A stretch of 64,000 nucleotides of DNA, taken from contig JACKCR010000010.1 in NCBI GenBank assembly GCA_020633975.1, positions 65,839-129,838 on the forward strand, given 5' to 3'. A model generated the notes under the pieces. It worked only from the letters and a program-made list of their open reading frames with translations. It had not been told where the DNA came from and made no database searches. Positions 1-9,478 of the stretch are shown here, in pieces; within the stretch, counting starts at the first letter, position 1; every line of letters begins with the position of its first letter. Both the position numbers and the translations under genes were made by a program. Source of the DNA: Candidatus Eiseniibacteriota bacterium. GTDB taxonomy: Bacteria > Eisenbacteria > RBG-16-71-46 > CAIMUX01.

Positions 1-63
1 GCGCTTCCGTCCCTTGGGAATGGAGTGCAGAGACTGTCACGCCACCACGCCGAGGACGGACCA

Positions 64-3000
64 ATGAAGCTGCGAACGTTCGATCGACGTGCCCTGCTGG
101 GCGTAGTCTGCACCCTCGTCGGCCTGGGCATCGGGGGCACACTTGCCGGTACCTCCCACCGCAATGAGGCGGTCCGGTCCGATTCCGTGGGCCGCTTCCT
201 TCAGCTCGCATTCGTGAGCGACGCCTTGGCAGAGTCCACGAACCCGCACGGTGACCTCGAGATCGACTGCTCGGTCTGTCACACCGCGACGTCTTGGCGG
301 GTGGACACCAAGATCGAAGGGTTCGACCATGCCGAGACGGCCCACTACCCGCTGACTCTCGCCCACTCGACGGTTCCTTGCCGCAGTTGTCACACCGACC
401 TGGTCTTCGAGAACGCGGGGACCAACTGCGCGGACTGTCACGACGACGTCCACAACGGCGACCTCGGCGATCGCTGCTCTCGCTGCCACACCGCGGACAC
501 CTGGAATGCGATGGACGCCGCCATCTCGGAGCACGCGAACACGGACTTCCCACTTCTGGGAACCCACGCCAGCACACCCTGCGCGTCGTGCCATCCGAGC
601 GCGCTCGCGGGCACGTTCCGCGACGCCCCGGTCGACTGCAGCGGATGCCACATGGATGAGTTCCTCCAGACGACGGACCCGAACCACTCCCGGGCCGGCT
701 TCCCGGAAGACTGTACATCCTGTCACTCGTCGACTGCCGTCGCCTGGGAGCCGGCGCAGTTCGAACATCCGTCGAGCTTCCCGCTCGAGGGTGGCCACTC
801 CGGCCCCGCCTGCGCCGACTGCCACCAATCGTCCTTCGACGACACCCCGACCGAGTGCGCCGGATGCCATCTCACCGACTATGACAACGCCGACCCGAGC
901 CATGACGGATTCCCGCAGGACTGCACGACCTGTCACTCCTCGGTCAGCTGGACTCCGGCGGACTTCGATCACGACCGGTCCTTCCCGCTCGTCGGCGCGC
1001 ATCAGGCGGTCGACTGCACGGACTGCCACACGTCCGGCTACACCGGAACGCCGACCGAGTGCTCCGATTGCCACGCTTCGGACCTCGAAGCGGCCGATCC
1101 GAACCACGATGGGTTCCCCGAAGACTGCCTCACCTGCCACACGATGAACGCGTGGGACCCCGCGGACTTCGACCACGACGAAGTATTCCCGCTGGAAGGA
1201 GCGCACCGCGACGTCCAGTGCGCGGACTGCCACACGAACGGGTACGAGGACACGCCGAGCCTCTGCAACGACTGTCACCGTGCCGACTTCGAGAACGCGG
1301 AGCCGGACCATGTGTCCGGAGCGTTCCCCGAGGACTGCACGACGTGCCACTCCCTCCTGGCCTGGGAACCCGCCGAGTTCGAGCATCCGGAGAGCTTCCC
1401 GCTCACACTAGGTCACGCAGACGTCGCTTGCTCTTCGTGCCACGAGTCCGGCTACGAAGACACGGAGACGGAGTGCGTCGGATGTCACCTCGCGGACTCA
1501 CAGGGCGCGACTCCGAGCCACGACGGTTTCGGAAGCGAGTGCACCTCGTGTCACTCCCTCGCGGCCTGGACGCCGTCGAACTTCGAGCATCCGCAGTCAT
1601 TCAAGCTCGACCAAGGACACTCAGGCGTGGACTGCGCCTCCTGTCACGCCGCCGGGTACGAAGACACACCGACCGAGTGCGCCGAGTGCCACCGCGCGGA
1701 CTACGAAGGCGCCGAGCCGGACCACGTCCAGGGCGGATTCCCGGATGACTGCACCACCTGCCACTCCCTCGCGGCGTGGCAGCCGGCGGCGTTCGAGCAC
1801 ACGCCGTCCTTCCCACTCACGCAGGGACACAGCGGACTCGTGTGTGCATCCTGCCACTCCTCCGGATTCGAGGACGTTCCGACGGACTGCGTGGAGTGTC
1901 ACCTCGCGGACTCCCAGCAAGCGTCACCGAGTCACGATGGTCTCGAGCAGGACTGCACCAAGTGCCACTCCACCGCGCAGTGGCAGCCCTCGAACTTCGA
2001 ACACCCGGCCACGTTCTCGCTCACGCAGGGTCACGCGGACGTGGACTGTGCGTCGTGCCACTCTTCGGGCTATTCGGGTACATCGACCGAGTGCGTCGAC
2101 TGCCACCTCGCGGACTCGCAGCAGGCGACCCCGAGCCACGACGGCTTCAGCCGGGAGTGCACCACCTGCCACTCGACGGTGGCCTGGCAACCGGCCGGTT
2201 TCGATCACCCGACGACGTTCCCGCTCACGCAGGGGCATGCGGACGTCGCGTGCGCGTCCTGCCACTCGGGCGGCTACGAAGGCACGTCCACCGAGTGCGT
2301 AGACTGCCACCTCGCGGACTCGCAGCAGGCGGTACCAAGTCACGACGGCTTCAGTCCGGACTGCACGACGTGTCACTCGACCGCTCAGTGGCAGCCGTCG
2401 AACTTCGAGCACCCGTCGACGTTCCCGCTGACGCTGGGACACGAAACCGTCGACTGCGCGTCGTGCCACACGAGTGGGTACGAAGGCACGCCCACCGACT
2501 GTGAGGGATGCCACCTCCCCGACTACGAGCAGGCGGAACCGGACCACGTCGACGGCGGCTTCCCACACGACTGCACTACCTGCCACTCGCTCGCCGCATG
2601 GCAGCCGGCCGCGTTCGAGCACACACCGACGTTCCCGCTCACGGAAGGTCATGCCGACCGCACCTGCGCGTCCTGCCATGCGTCTGGGTACGAAGGCACG
2701 CCGACCGAGTGCGTCGATTGTCACCTCGCGGACTCGCAGGCCGCCGTCCCGAGCCACGACGGACTCCCGCAGGACTGCACGACCTGTCACTCCACCACGA
2801 CCTGGAATCCGTCCAGCTTCGAGCATCCGACCTCGTTTGCGCTCACCGAGGGACACGACGGCGTCGACTGCGCGTCCTGCCATGCCTCCGGGTACGAAGG
2901 CACGTCGACCGACTGCGTCGACTGCCACCTCGCCGACTCGCAGGCGGCCGTGCCGAATCACGATGGACTCCCGCAGGACTGCACGACCTGTCACTCGACC

Positions 3001-6000
3001 ACGACCTGGAATCCGTCGAGTTTCGAGCACCCAATGTCGTTCGCGCTGACCGAGGGACACGAGGGTGTCGACTGCGCGTCCTGTCATACTTCCGGCTATG
3101 AGGACACATCGACCGACTGCGTCGACTGTCACCTCGCGGACTCACAGCAGGCCGAGCCGAGCCACGACGGACTCCCGCAGGACTGCACCACGTGCCACTC
3201 GACGACCGGGTGGGAACCGTCGGAGTTCGAGCACCCGAGCGAGTTCCCGCTCACCGAGGGACACGACGGCGTCGACTGCGCGTCTTGCCATGCCTCCGGC
3301 TACGAGGGCACGTCGCCAGAATGCGTCGACTGTCACCTCGTGGACTCGCAGCAGGCCGAGCCTAGTCACGACGGACTTCCGCAGGACTGCACGCAGTGCC
3401 ACTCGACCACGACCTGGGATCCGTCGAGCTTCGAGCATCCGAGCGAGTTCCCGCTGGCCGGTGGCCACGAAGGCGTCGACTGCGCGACCTGTCACACGTC
3501 CGGTTACGAAGGCACGTCGCCGGAATGCGTCGACTGCCATCTCGCCGACTCACAGCAGGCCGAGCCCAGTCACGACGAGTTCCCCACGGACTGTGCGCAT
3601 TGCCACACGATCCAGGGCTGGGTCCCCGCCGACTTCGACCACACCCCGACCTTCCCACTGACCCTGGGACACTCGGGACTCTCGTGCGGCTCCTGCCACT
3701 CCTCGGGGTACGAAGGAACTCCGACGGACTGCGCCGAGTGCCACATCGAAGACGCCCAGGGCGCGACTCCGAGCCACAGTCAGTTCCCGCTCGACTGCAC
3801 GGAGTGTCACTCGACAGCGAGATGGAATCCGTCGAACTTCGAGCACCCGGGCTCGTTCCCGCTCTCGGGCGGACACGACAACGTGGAGTGCAACTCCTGT
3901 CACACCGGCGGTTTCGAGAACACATCGACCGAGTGCGTGGACTGCCACCTGGCGGACTCCCAGCAAGCGGAGCCGAGCCACGACGAGTTCCCGACCGACT
4001 GCACGACCTGTCACACCATCCAGGGCTGGGTTCCGGCCGACTTCGAGCACACGCCGAGCTTCCCGCTCACCGAGGGGCACGAAGGTCTGGCCTGTGCGTC
4101 CTGTCACACCGCTGGGTACGAAGGCACGTCGCCCGAGTGCATCGATTGCCACCTCGTCGACTTCCAAGGGGCCGAACCGGACCACGTGGGTGGAGGGTTC
4201 CCGGAGGACTGCACGAGCTGTCACAACATGTCGACTTGGGAGGACGCGCAGTTCGTCCACACCGTGAGCTTCCCGCTCATCGGTGGGCATGCGGGTGTGT
4301 CTTGCCTGGAGTGCCACTCCGCGGGGTATGACAACACCCCGAACCAGTGTGTCGACTGTCACCTCGCGGACTCGCAGCAGGCCGATCCGAGCCACGATGG
4401 GCTGCCGACGAACTGCCAGACCTGTCACTCGCTCAACGGCTGGACCCCTTCGACCTTCCGGCACACGTCGGAGTTCCCGCTCACTCAGGGACACGCGGAC
4501 GTCGACTGCGCGTCGTGTCACAGCTCCGGCTACGACAACACGCCGACCGAGTGCATCGACTGCCATCTCACAGACTTCCAGGGCGCCGAACCGGACCACG
4601 TCGATGGAGGCTTCCCCGAAGACTGCACGACCTGCCACTCGATGGCGGAGTGGATCCCCGCGGAGTTCGACCACACACCGACGTTCCCGCTCTCCGGTGG
4701 ACACGACAACGTCCCGTGCGCGTCGTGTCACTCCGCCGGATACGAGAACACGCCGAACGTCTGCGTCGACTGCCACCTTGCCGACTCTCAGAGCGCCATC
4801 CCGAGCCATGACGGGCTCCCGACGGACTGTACGACGTGTCACACCATCCAGGGTTGGATCCCGTCGAGCTTCGAGCACACGCCGTCGTTCCCGCTGACGC
4901 AGGGACACGCGGACGTCGACTGCGCGTCCTGCCACTCGGCCGGCTACGACGGAACCCCGACCGATTGCATCGAGTGCCACCTCACGGACTACCAGGGCGC
5001 CGAACCGGACCACGTCCAAGGCGGCTTCCCCGAGGACTGCACGACGTGTCACTCGATGGCGGAGTGGATCCCTGCGGAGTTCGACCACACACCGACGTTC
5101 CCGCTCTCCGGCGGGCATGACAACGTCCCGTGCGCGTCGTGTCACTCAGCTGGATACGAGAACACACCGAACGTCTGCGTCGACTGTCACCTCGCGGACT
5201 CGCAGGGCGCGGTCCCGACGCACGACGGACTCCCCACGGACTGCACGACGTGTCACACGATCCAGGGGTGGGTCCCATCGAGCTTCCAGCACACGCCATC
5301 CTTCCCGCTCACACAGGGACACTCGGGCGTCGACTGCGCGTCCTGCCACTCGGCCGGCTACGACGACACGCCGACCGACTGCATCGACTGCCACCTCGCC
5401 GACTACCAGGGGGCGGAACCGAGCCACGACGGGTTCCCCGAGGATTGCTTGTCGTGTCACAACATGGCGTCGTGGGACGACGCGGACTTCTTCCACACGA
5501 CGGAGTTCCCGCTCACGGGTGGACACGACAACGTCCCGTGCGCGTCGTGTCACTCTGCCGGATACGAGAACACGCCGGCCGATTGCGTCGAGTGTCACCT
5601 CGCGGACTTCATGAACGCGGAGCCGGACCACGTCGACGGCGGGTTCCCCGAGGACTGCACGGCCTGCCACACCATCCAAGGCTGGACCCCGGCGGACTTC
5701 GAACACACACCGACGTTCCCGCTCGTCCAGGGACACTCGAACCTCGCCTGTGCCGACTGCCACTCCGCGGGATACGAGAACACGTCGCCCGAGTGCATCG
5801 AGTGCCACCTCGTCGACTATCAGACGGCCTCGCCCGACCATGACGGCGCAGGTTTCCCGACCGACTGCACGAGCTGTCACTCGCTCGTCGGATGGGACAA
5901 CGCGGACTTCGACCACGACAACAGCTGGTTCCCGATCTACACCGGAACCCACCGAGAGAAGTGGGACACCTGCACCGACTGCCATACCAACCCTGGTGAC

Positions 6001-6138
6001 TTCACGATCTTCACCTGCATCGATTGCCACGCGCATCGGCAGTCGGAGATGGATCAGAAGCACCAGGAAGAGAACGTGGACGACTACGTGTACGAGAGCA
6101 CTGCCTGCTACGCGTGCCACCCGAGAGGTCGCCATTGA
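64..6138 (+). CDS. Giant multiheme c-type cytochrome of about 2,025 aa. I count about 85 CxxCH motifs in about 28 tandem ~67-aa (201-nt) c7-like triheme modules, with an N-terminal signal/anchor. The start could instead be at 25.
   Basis: The repeating unit is FPLTxGH..CASCH..GYEGT.TEC.DCH.LADSQQA.PSHDG.P.DCTTCH..W.PS.FEH.. Each unit has 3 CxxCH and 3 additional conserved His, which fits bis-His ligation. The spacing resembles Geobacter PpcA (FPHKAH...CKKCH). A hydrophobic segment follows the ATG at 64. GAGGACGG lies 5 nt upstream of that ATG. Confidence 0.85.
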   Translation: MKLRTFDRRALLGVVCTLVGLGIGGTLAGTSHRNEAVRSDSVGRFLQLAFVSDALAESTNPHGDLEIDCSVCHTATSWRVDTKIEGFDHAETAHYPLTLAHSTVPCRSCHTDLVFENAGTNCADCHDDVHNGDLGDRCSRCHTADTWNAMDAAISEHANTDFPLLGTHASTPCASCHPSALAGTFRDAPVDCSGCHMDEFLQTTDPNHSRAGFPEDCTSCHSSTAVAWEPAQFEHPSSFPLEGGHSGPACADCHQSSFDDTPTECAGCHLTDYDNADPSHDGFPQDCTTCHSSVSWTPADFDHDRSFPLVGAHQAVDCTDCHTSGYTGTPTECSDCHASDLEAADPNHDGFPEDCLTCHTMNAWDPADFDHDEVFPLEGAHRDVQCADCHTNGYEDTPSLCNDCHRADFENAEPDHVSGAFPEDCTTCHSLLAWEPAEFEHPESFPLTLGHADVACSSCHESGYEDTETECVGCHLADSQGATPSHDGFGSECTSCHSLAAWTPSNFEHPQSFKLDQGHSGVDCASCHAAGYEDTPTECAECHRADYEGAEPDHVQGGFPDDCTTCHSLAAWQPAAFEHTPSFPLTQGHSGLVCASCHSSGFEDVPTDCVECHLADSQQASPSHDGLEQDCTKCHSTAQWQPSNFEHPATFSLTQGHADVDCASCHSSGYSGTSTECVDCHLADSQQATPSHDGFSRECTTCHSTVAWQPAGFDHPTTFPLTQGHADVACASCHSGGYEGTSTECVDCHLADSQQAVPSHDGFSPDCTTCHSTAQWQPSNFEHPSTFPLTLGHETVDCASCHTSGYEGTPTDCEGCHLPDYEQAEPDHVDGGFPHDCTTCHSLAAWQPAAFEHTPTFPLTEGHADRTCASCHASGYEGTPTECVDCHLADSQAAVPSHDGLPQDCTTCHSTTTWNPSSFEHPTSFALTEGHDGVDCASCHASGYEGTSTDCVDCHLADSQAAVPNHDGLPQDCTTCHSTTTWNPSSFEHPMSFALTEGHEGVDCASCHTSGYEDTSTDCVDCHLADSQQAEPSHDGLPQDCTTCHSTTGWEPSEFEHPSEFPLTEGHDGVDCASCHASGYEGTSPECVDCHLVDSQQAEPSHDGLPQDCTQCHSTTTWDPSSFEHPSEFPLAGGHEGVDCATCHTSGYEGTSPECVDCHLADSQQAEPSHDEFPTDCAHCHTIQGWVPADFDHTPTFPLTLGHSGLSCGSCHSSGYEGTPTDCAECHIEDAQGATPSHSQFPLDCTECHSTARWNPSNFEHPGSFPLSGGHDNVECNSCHTGGFENTSTECVDCHLADSQQAEPSHDEFPTDCTTCHTIQGWVPADFEHTPSFPLTEGHEGLACASCHTAGYEGTSPECIDCHLVDFQGAEPDHVGGGFPEDCTSCHNMSTWEDAQFVHTVSFPLIGGHAGVSCLECHSAGYDNTPNQCVDCHLADSQQADPSHDGLPTNCQTCHSLNGWTPSTFRHTSEFPLTQGHADVDCASCHSSGYDNTPTECIDCHLTDFQGAEPDHVDGGFPEDCTTCHSMAEWIPAEFDHTPTFPLSGGHDNVPCASCHSAGYENTPNVCVDCHLADSQSAIPSHDGLPTDCTTCHTIQGWIPSSFEHTPSFPLTQGHADVDCASCHSAGYDGTPTDCIECHLTDYQGAEPDHVQGGFPEDCTTCHSMAEWIPAEFDHTPTFPLSGGHDNVPCASCHSAGYENTPNVCVDCHLADSQGAVPTHDGLPTDCTTCHTIQGWVPSSFQHTPSFPLTQGHSGVDCASCHSAGYDDTPTDCIDCHLADYQGAEPSHDGFPEDCLSCHNMASWDDADFFHTTEFPLTGGHDNVPCASCHSAGYENTPADCVECHLADFMNAEPDHVDGGFPEDCTACHTIQGWTPADFEHTPTFPLVQGHSNLACADCHSAGYENTSPECIECHLVDYQTASPDHDGAGFPTDCTSCHSLVGWDNADFDHDNSWFPIYTGTHREKWDTCTDCHTNPGDFTIFTCIDCHAHRQSEMDQKHQEENVDDYVYESTACYACHPRGRH

Positions 6139-6179
6139 GGAGGAAGGCGATTCCTAGCCGCTCCGGTGTCGCGTGGGGT

Positions 6180-7916
6180 GTGCTTGTGGGTGCGGCCGTC
6201 GGCGCATTGGTCGTGGTCTCCGCATCGGCCGCGCTCGGGCAGATCGATCCGACGAGCGGATCGGTTGCTGCATCCGCGGGCGCGGTATCTTCCGCTGCGG
6301 AGTCCACTCGATCGGGCGATGCGCTCCTCCATCTCGAGGGGCACGTGCGCCAACTCTCCGTGGACTTCGTGTACGTCGACCTCGGCACGACCGACGGGCT
6401 CGCCATCGGCGACACACTCTCCGTCACCTCAGGCGCGAGCCGCGGCGAGTCGCTCGTCACGACCTACGTAGCTGGCCGTTCGGCTTCGTGTCAGCTCGTG
6501 TCGCGGCCGGGCACGACCGGATCGATCGCCGTGGGTGACGCCGTCGCAGCAACTCTCCACGGGCGAGGAGGCGAATCCCGTTCTCAGACTGCGCCGACCA
6601 AACTCTCGTTCCCGACCCCGCGAAGTGGGGTAATGCCCACGTCGTCAGGCGGCGCAAGGGCCCCACGCACGCGAGAAGGTTGGGGGCGCGTTCACGGCTC
6701 ACTCTCTGTCGATTGGCTCCAGACCGTGAGCGACAACGGGGAGAGGACGACCCGGGATCCGCGCGGACGGTTCGAGGTTCGCGGCCGCGACCTCTTCGGC
6801 AAGAACCTGCGTGCACGCGCAAGCCTCCGCACCGGGCGTCGCACTAGTTCGAGTTCGAGCGACGGAAGTTCCCTTCCGGAAGTCCGGCAACTCTGGTTCG
6901 ACTACCACGACGAGCCATCCAACGTGGGCGTTCGGGGCGGACGCCTCCTCGTCGCCGAAGCAGGGTCCTTCGCCTACCTCGACGGGGGTGCGGTCAACTA
7001 CGCGCCCGTCTCCCACCTGGACCTCGGACTGTATGCAGGTCGTCAGCCGGAATGGGTGGATCGAAGCGCCAAGGGGGACGTCTACATCGTGGGAGGCGCC
7101 GCGCGTTTGCCGATGGAGAGAGTCCGTTCCTCCCTACTCGTTTCGCTCCTCCGCGAGATCCGGCAGCAGGACCGCAACCGGGATTGGGCCTATGTCGAGG
7201 CGAGGTCGGAGCCGTTCACCACGTTGCGGCTCTACGCGCGGACCCAGTTCCAGCTGACCAAGCGAGACGAGTCCGAGCGACTCCCAAGCGAGTCTGATCC
7301 CGAATTCGATCCGACCGACTACGACGTCTTCCGCAGCTACCTAGAGTCGCGGCTCTCCGTCTCCGCCCGGTATCGGCCGGTCGACGAGTTCTGGTGGTCC
7401 CTCAGCTACGACGAGAGCTCGCTTCTCTCGGAGTACGAAGGCACCACGACCACGGAGGATCGTTTCGACCGCTCCGCGAGGAACGGCTGGCGCACGACGC
7501 TCAGTCTCGAACCCGCCGAGTTCTGGCGAACGCAGCTCGGCGGGAGCTGGCGGGAAGGCGAGTCTCAGGACGACCGGTGGTCCGTGAACGGGTACGTCCA
7601 GCGGCAGCGACTCGTATCCTGGCCGCTCGATCTGACCGTGCAGATGCGCGTGTTCGACGCCGGGTACTCGAAGGGATCGACGCCATCAGTCGAACTCGAA
7701 CACATCTCGCCACACGGCTACTCACTGGAGCTCCGTGGCGGGATGCACATCTACGAGGCAACTGGATCGACCGACGCGCGGTCGGATCAGTGGGTACGGA
7801 TCAGTTCGTCGGTCAGCCTGCCCTCGCGGTTCCGCATCCTCCTGGAAGCGGAAACTTCGTCGGGCGACAATGCGATCGGCTCTCGCTTCTACGGGCAAGT
7901 CGTGCGGAGTTTCTAG
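6180..7916 (+). CDS. Predicted secreted outer-membrane beta-barrel protein (porin-like) encoded immediately downstream of the giant cytochrome.
   Basis: The ORF frame 6024..7916 overlaps the cytochrome 3' end. An in-frame GTG near 6180 gives a signal-like N-terminus (MLVGAAVGALVVVSASAALGQ). There are alternating amphipathic segments, many aromatic-ending strands and a C-terminal ...GQVVRSF with terminal Phe, as is typical of OM beta-barrels. A GGAGGA SD is at 6138-6143, so the true start is uncertain. Confidence 0.5.
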   Translation: MLVGAAVGALVVVSASAALGQIDPTSGSVAASAGAVSSAAESTRSGDALLHLEGHVRQLSVDFVYVDLGTTDGLAIGDTLSVTSGASRGESLVTTYVAGRSASCQLVSRPGTTGSIAVGDAVAATLHGRGGESRSQTAPTKLSFPTPRSGVMPTSSGGARAPRTREGWGRVHGSLSVDWLQTVSDNGERTTRDPRGRFEVRGRDLFGKNLRARASLRTGRRTSSSSSDGSSLPEVRQLWFDYHDEPSNVGVRGGRLLVAEAGSFAYLDGGAVNYAPVSHLDLGLYAGRQPEWVDRSAKGDVYIVGGAARLPMERVRSSLLVSLLREIRQQDRNRDWAYVEARSEPFTTLRLYARTQFQLTKRDESERLPSESDPEFDPTDYDVFRSYLESRLSVSARYRPVDEFWWSLSYDESSLLSEYEGTTTTEDRFDRSARNGWRTTLSLEPAEFWRTQLGGSWREGESQDDRWSVNGYVQRQRLVSWPLDLTVQMRVFDAGYSKGSTPSVELEHISPHGYSLELRGGMHIYEATGSTDARSDQWVRISSSVSLPSRFRILLEAETSSGDNAIGSRFYGQVVRSF

Positions 7917-7940
7917 CGAACGTAGGTAGGAAGGGAAGCG

Positions 7941-9287
7941 GTGGGGATGTCGGAGTCGGGATTCATCTGGGGCGGAGTCGTCGTCGTCAGCGCGGTGGTG
8001 TTCGCATACTACCTGAGGCAGTTCACGCGACGCGCGAAGGCCGATGAGGCGAGGCAAGCGAGTGCCCGGCAGGCCGGGATCGACAAGGCCGTCTCCCAGC
8101 ATCCGCACATCGACGAACTCTCCTGCATCGGCTGCGGCAGCTGCGTGGACGCCTGCCCCGAAGGAGACGTCCTCGGCATCGTGTCGGGAGTCGCCGTCCT
8201 CATCAACGGCCTCCGCTGCGTAGGGCACGGCCGCTGCGCCGAGGTCTGTCCGGTCGGCGCGATCCAGATCGGGCTCGGCGACATCAGCATGCGAACCGAC
8301 CTCCCGATCCTCGGGGCGGGGCAGGAGACGACCGTACCAGGCGTGTTCGTCGCAGGTGAACTGAGCGGGTTCTCGCTCATCCGCAACGCGATCACTCAAG
8401 GCGCGGAAGTAGCAGACCACATCGCGAAGCATCGGCCCAGGTCGACCGACCCGAACGTTCTCGACCTCGTCGTCGTCGGAGCCGGGCCCGCGGGTATCTC
8501 CGCCGCACTCAGTGCGAAGCGAGCAGGGCTCCGCTGCGTCGTCGTCGACCAACAAGGCGTCGGTGGGACGATCCTCCAGTTCCCTCGACGAAAGCTCGTC
8601 CTCACGCAGCCGGTGGAACTGCCGCTCTACGGGATGTTGCGGTCGAGCGAGTACACGAAGGAAGAGCTGGTCGACATCTGGAGCGAGATCCCCGAACGGT
8701 TCGATCTCGACGTGCGGATCGGGCATCGCGTCGTGGGCGTGGAGAAGACGGGCGGAGGATTCCGAGTCTCCACCGAGAACGGCCCGTCTTGGGACACCAT
8801 GAACGTAATGCTCGCGCTGGGTCGCCGTGGATCGCCCCGCAAGCTCGGAGTTCCCGGCGAGAACCAGGCCAAGGTGCTCTATCAGCTCCTCGACGCGAAG
8901 TCTTACAAGGGACGTCGAGTGCTGGTGGTTGGTGGAGGGGACTCCGCAGTCGAAGCCGCCATGGCGCTCGCAAAGCAGAACGGCACTCAGGTGACGATCT
9001 CCTATCGCAAGGACCAGTTCGCCCGGATCAAGAAGCGGAACCAGGATCGGCTGGACCCACTCCTCGCGTCCGGAAAGATCAAGACGCTCTACAGCTCGAA
9101 CGTGCTCTCCGTGGGCGCCGACCGAGTGCGTCTCGCCGTCCCCGAAGGCGAACTGGACCTGCCCAACGACGACGTCTTCGTGCTGATCGGCGGCGACCCG
9201 CCCTACCCGTTCCTCCGCGGCATCGGCATCCGCTTCGGCGGGGAGACGACGTCGGCCACCGAGCGGAGCGCGGTCGCCCAGGCCTGA
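7941..9287 (+). CDS. Membrane-anchored 2x[4Fe-4S] ferredoxin-domain protein fused to an FAD/NAD(P)-binding pyridine-nucleotide-disulfide-type oxidoreductase domain.
   Basis: N-terminal TM helix (FIWGGVVVVSAVVFAYY). Two cluster motifs CIGCGSCVDACPEG and CVGHGRCAEVCPVG. Two Rossmann motifs VVVGAGPAGISAA and VLVVGGGDSAVE. The SD ggaagggaag lies upstream. Confidence 0.8.
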   Translation: MGMSESGFIWGGVVVVSAVVFAYYLRQFTRRAKADEARQASARQAGIDKAVSQHPHIDELSCIGCGSCVDACPEGDVLGIVSGVAVLINGLRCVGHGRCAEVCPVGAIQIGLGDISMRTDLPILGAGQETTVPGVFVAGELSGFSLIRNAITQGAEVADHIAKHRPRSTDPNVLDLVVVGAGPAGISAALSAKRAGLRCVVVDQQGVGGTILQFPRRKLVLTQPVELPLYGMLRSSEYTKEELVDIWSEIPERFDLDVRIGHRVVGVEKTGGGFRVSTENGPSWDTMNVMLALGRRGSPRKLGVPGENQAKVLYQLLDAKSYKGRRVLVVGGGDSAVEAAMALAKQNGTQVTISYRKDQFARIKKRNQDRLDPLLASGKIKTLYSSNVLSVGADRVRLAVPEGELDLPNDDVFVLIGGDPPYPFLRGIGIRFGGETTSATERSAVAQA

Positions 9288-9478
9288 GCGCCTACTGCTC
9301 CAATCCGCCCGGGCCGCCTCCGTCCCGATCGGCTACTCTCTTCCCTTCGGCTCTAGGACGGGCCACACGCGACCACAGGGTCTTCGGCCCCGGCGCGCTG
9401 GCTCGTTCTCCAACGCGCCCCAAGGTACGCAACCTGCAGCGCAGTGCCGAAGGTCAGAGTCCGAAAGGAGCCGCTCTC

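Noticed and set aside
37-6135. Many long ORFs antisense to or in alternative frames within the cytochrome gene (for example 37..1386-, 1924..3132-, 3550..5145-, 5146..6135-, 506..1147+ and 3396..4331+).
   Set aside because: They translate to Arg/Pro/Ala-rich low-complexity sequence typical of antisense or off-frame reading of GC-rich DNA. The + frame starting at 25 carries a strongly periodic, motif-rich protein that explains the whole interval.
8789-9478. The 5' 690 nt of ORF 8789..10723, which overlaps the 3' end of the ferredoxin-flavoprotein gene.
   Set aside because: The translation is Arg/Pro-rich with no transmembrane character. The MFS homology and hydrophobic periodicity begin only after the TTG at 9479, which has a good SD.
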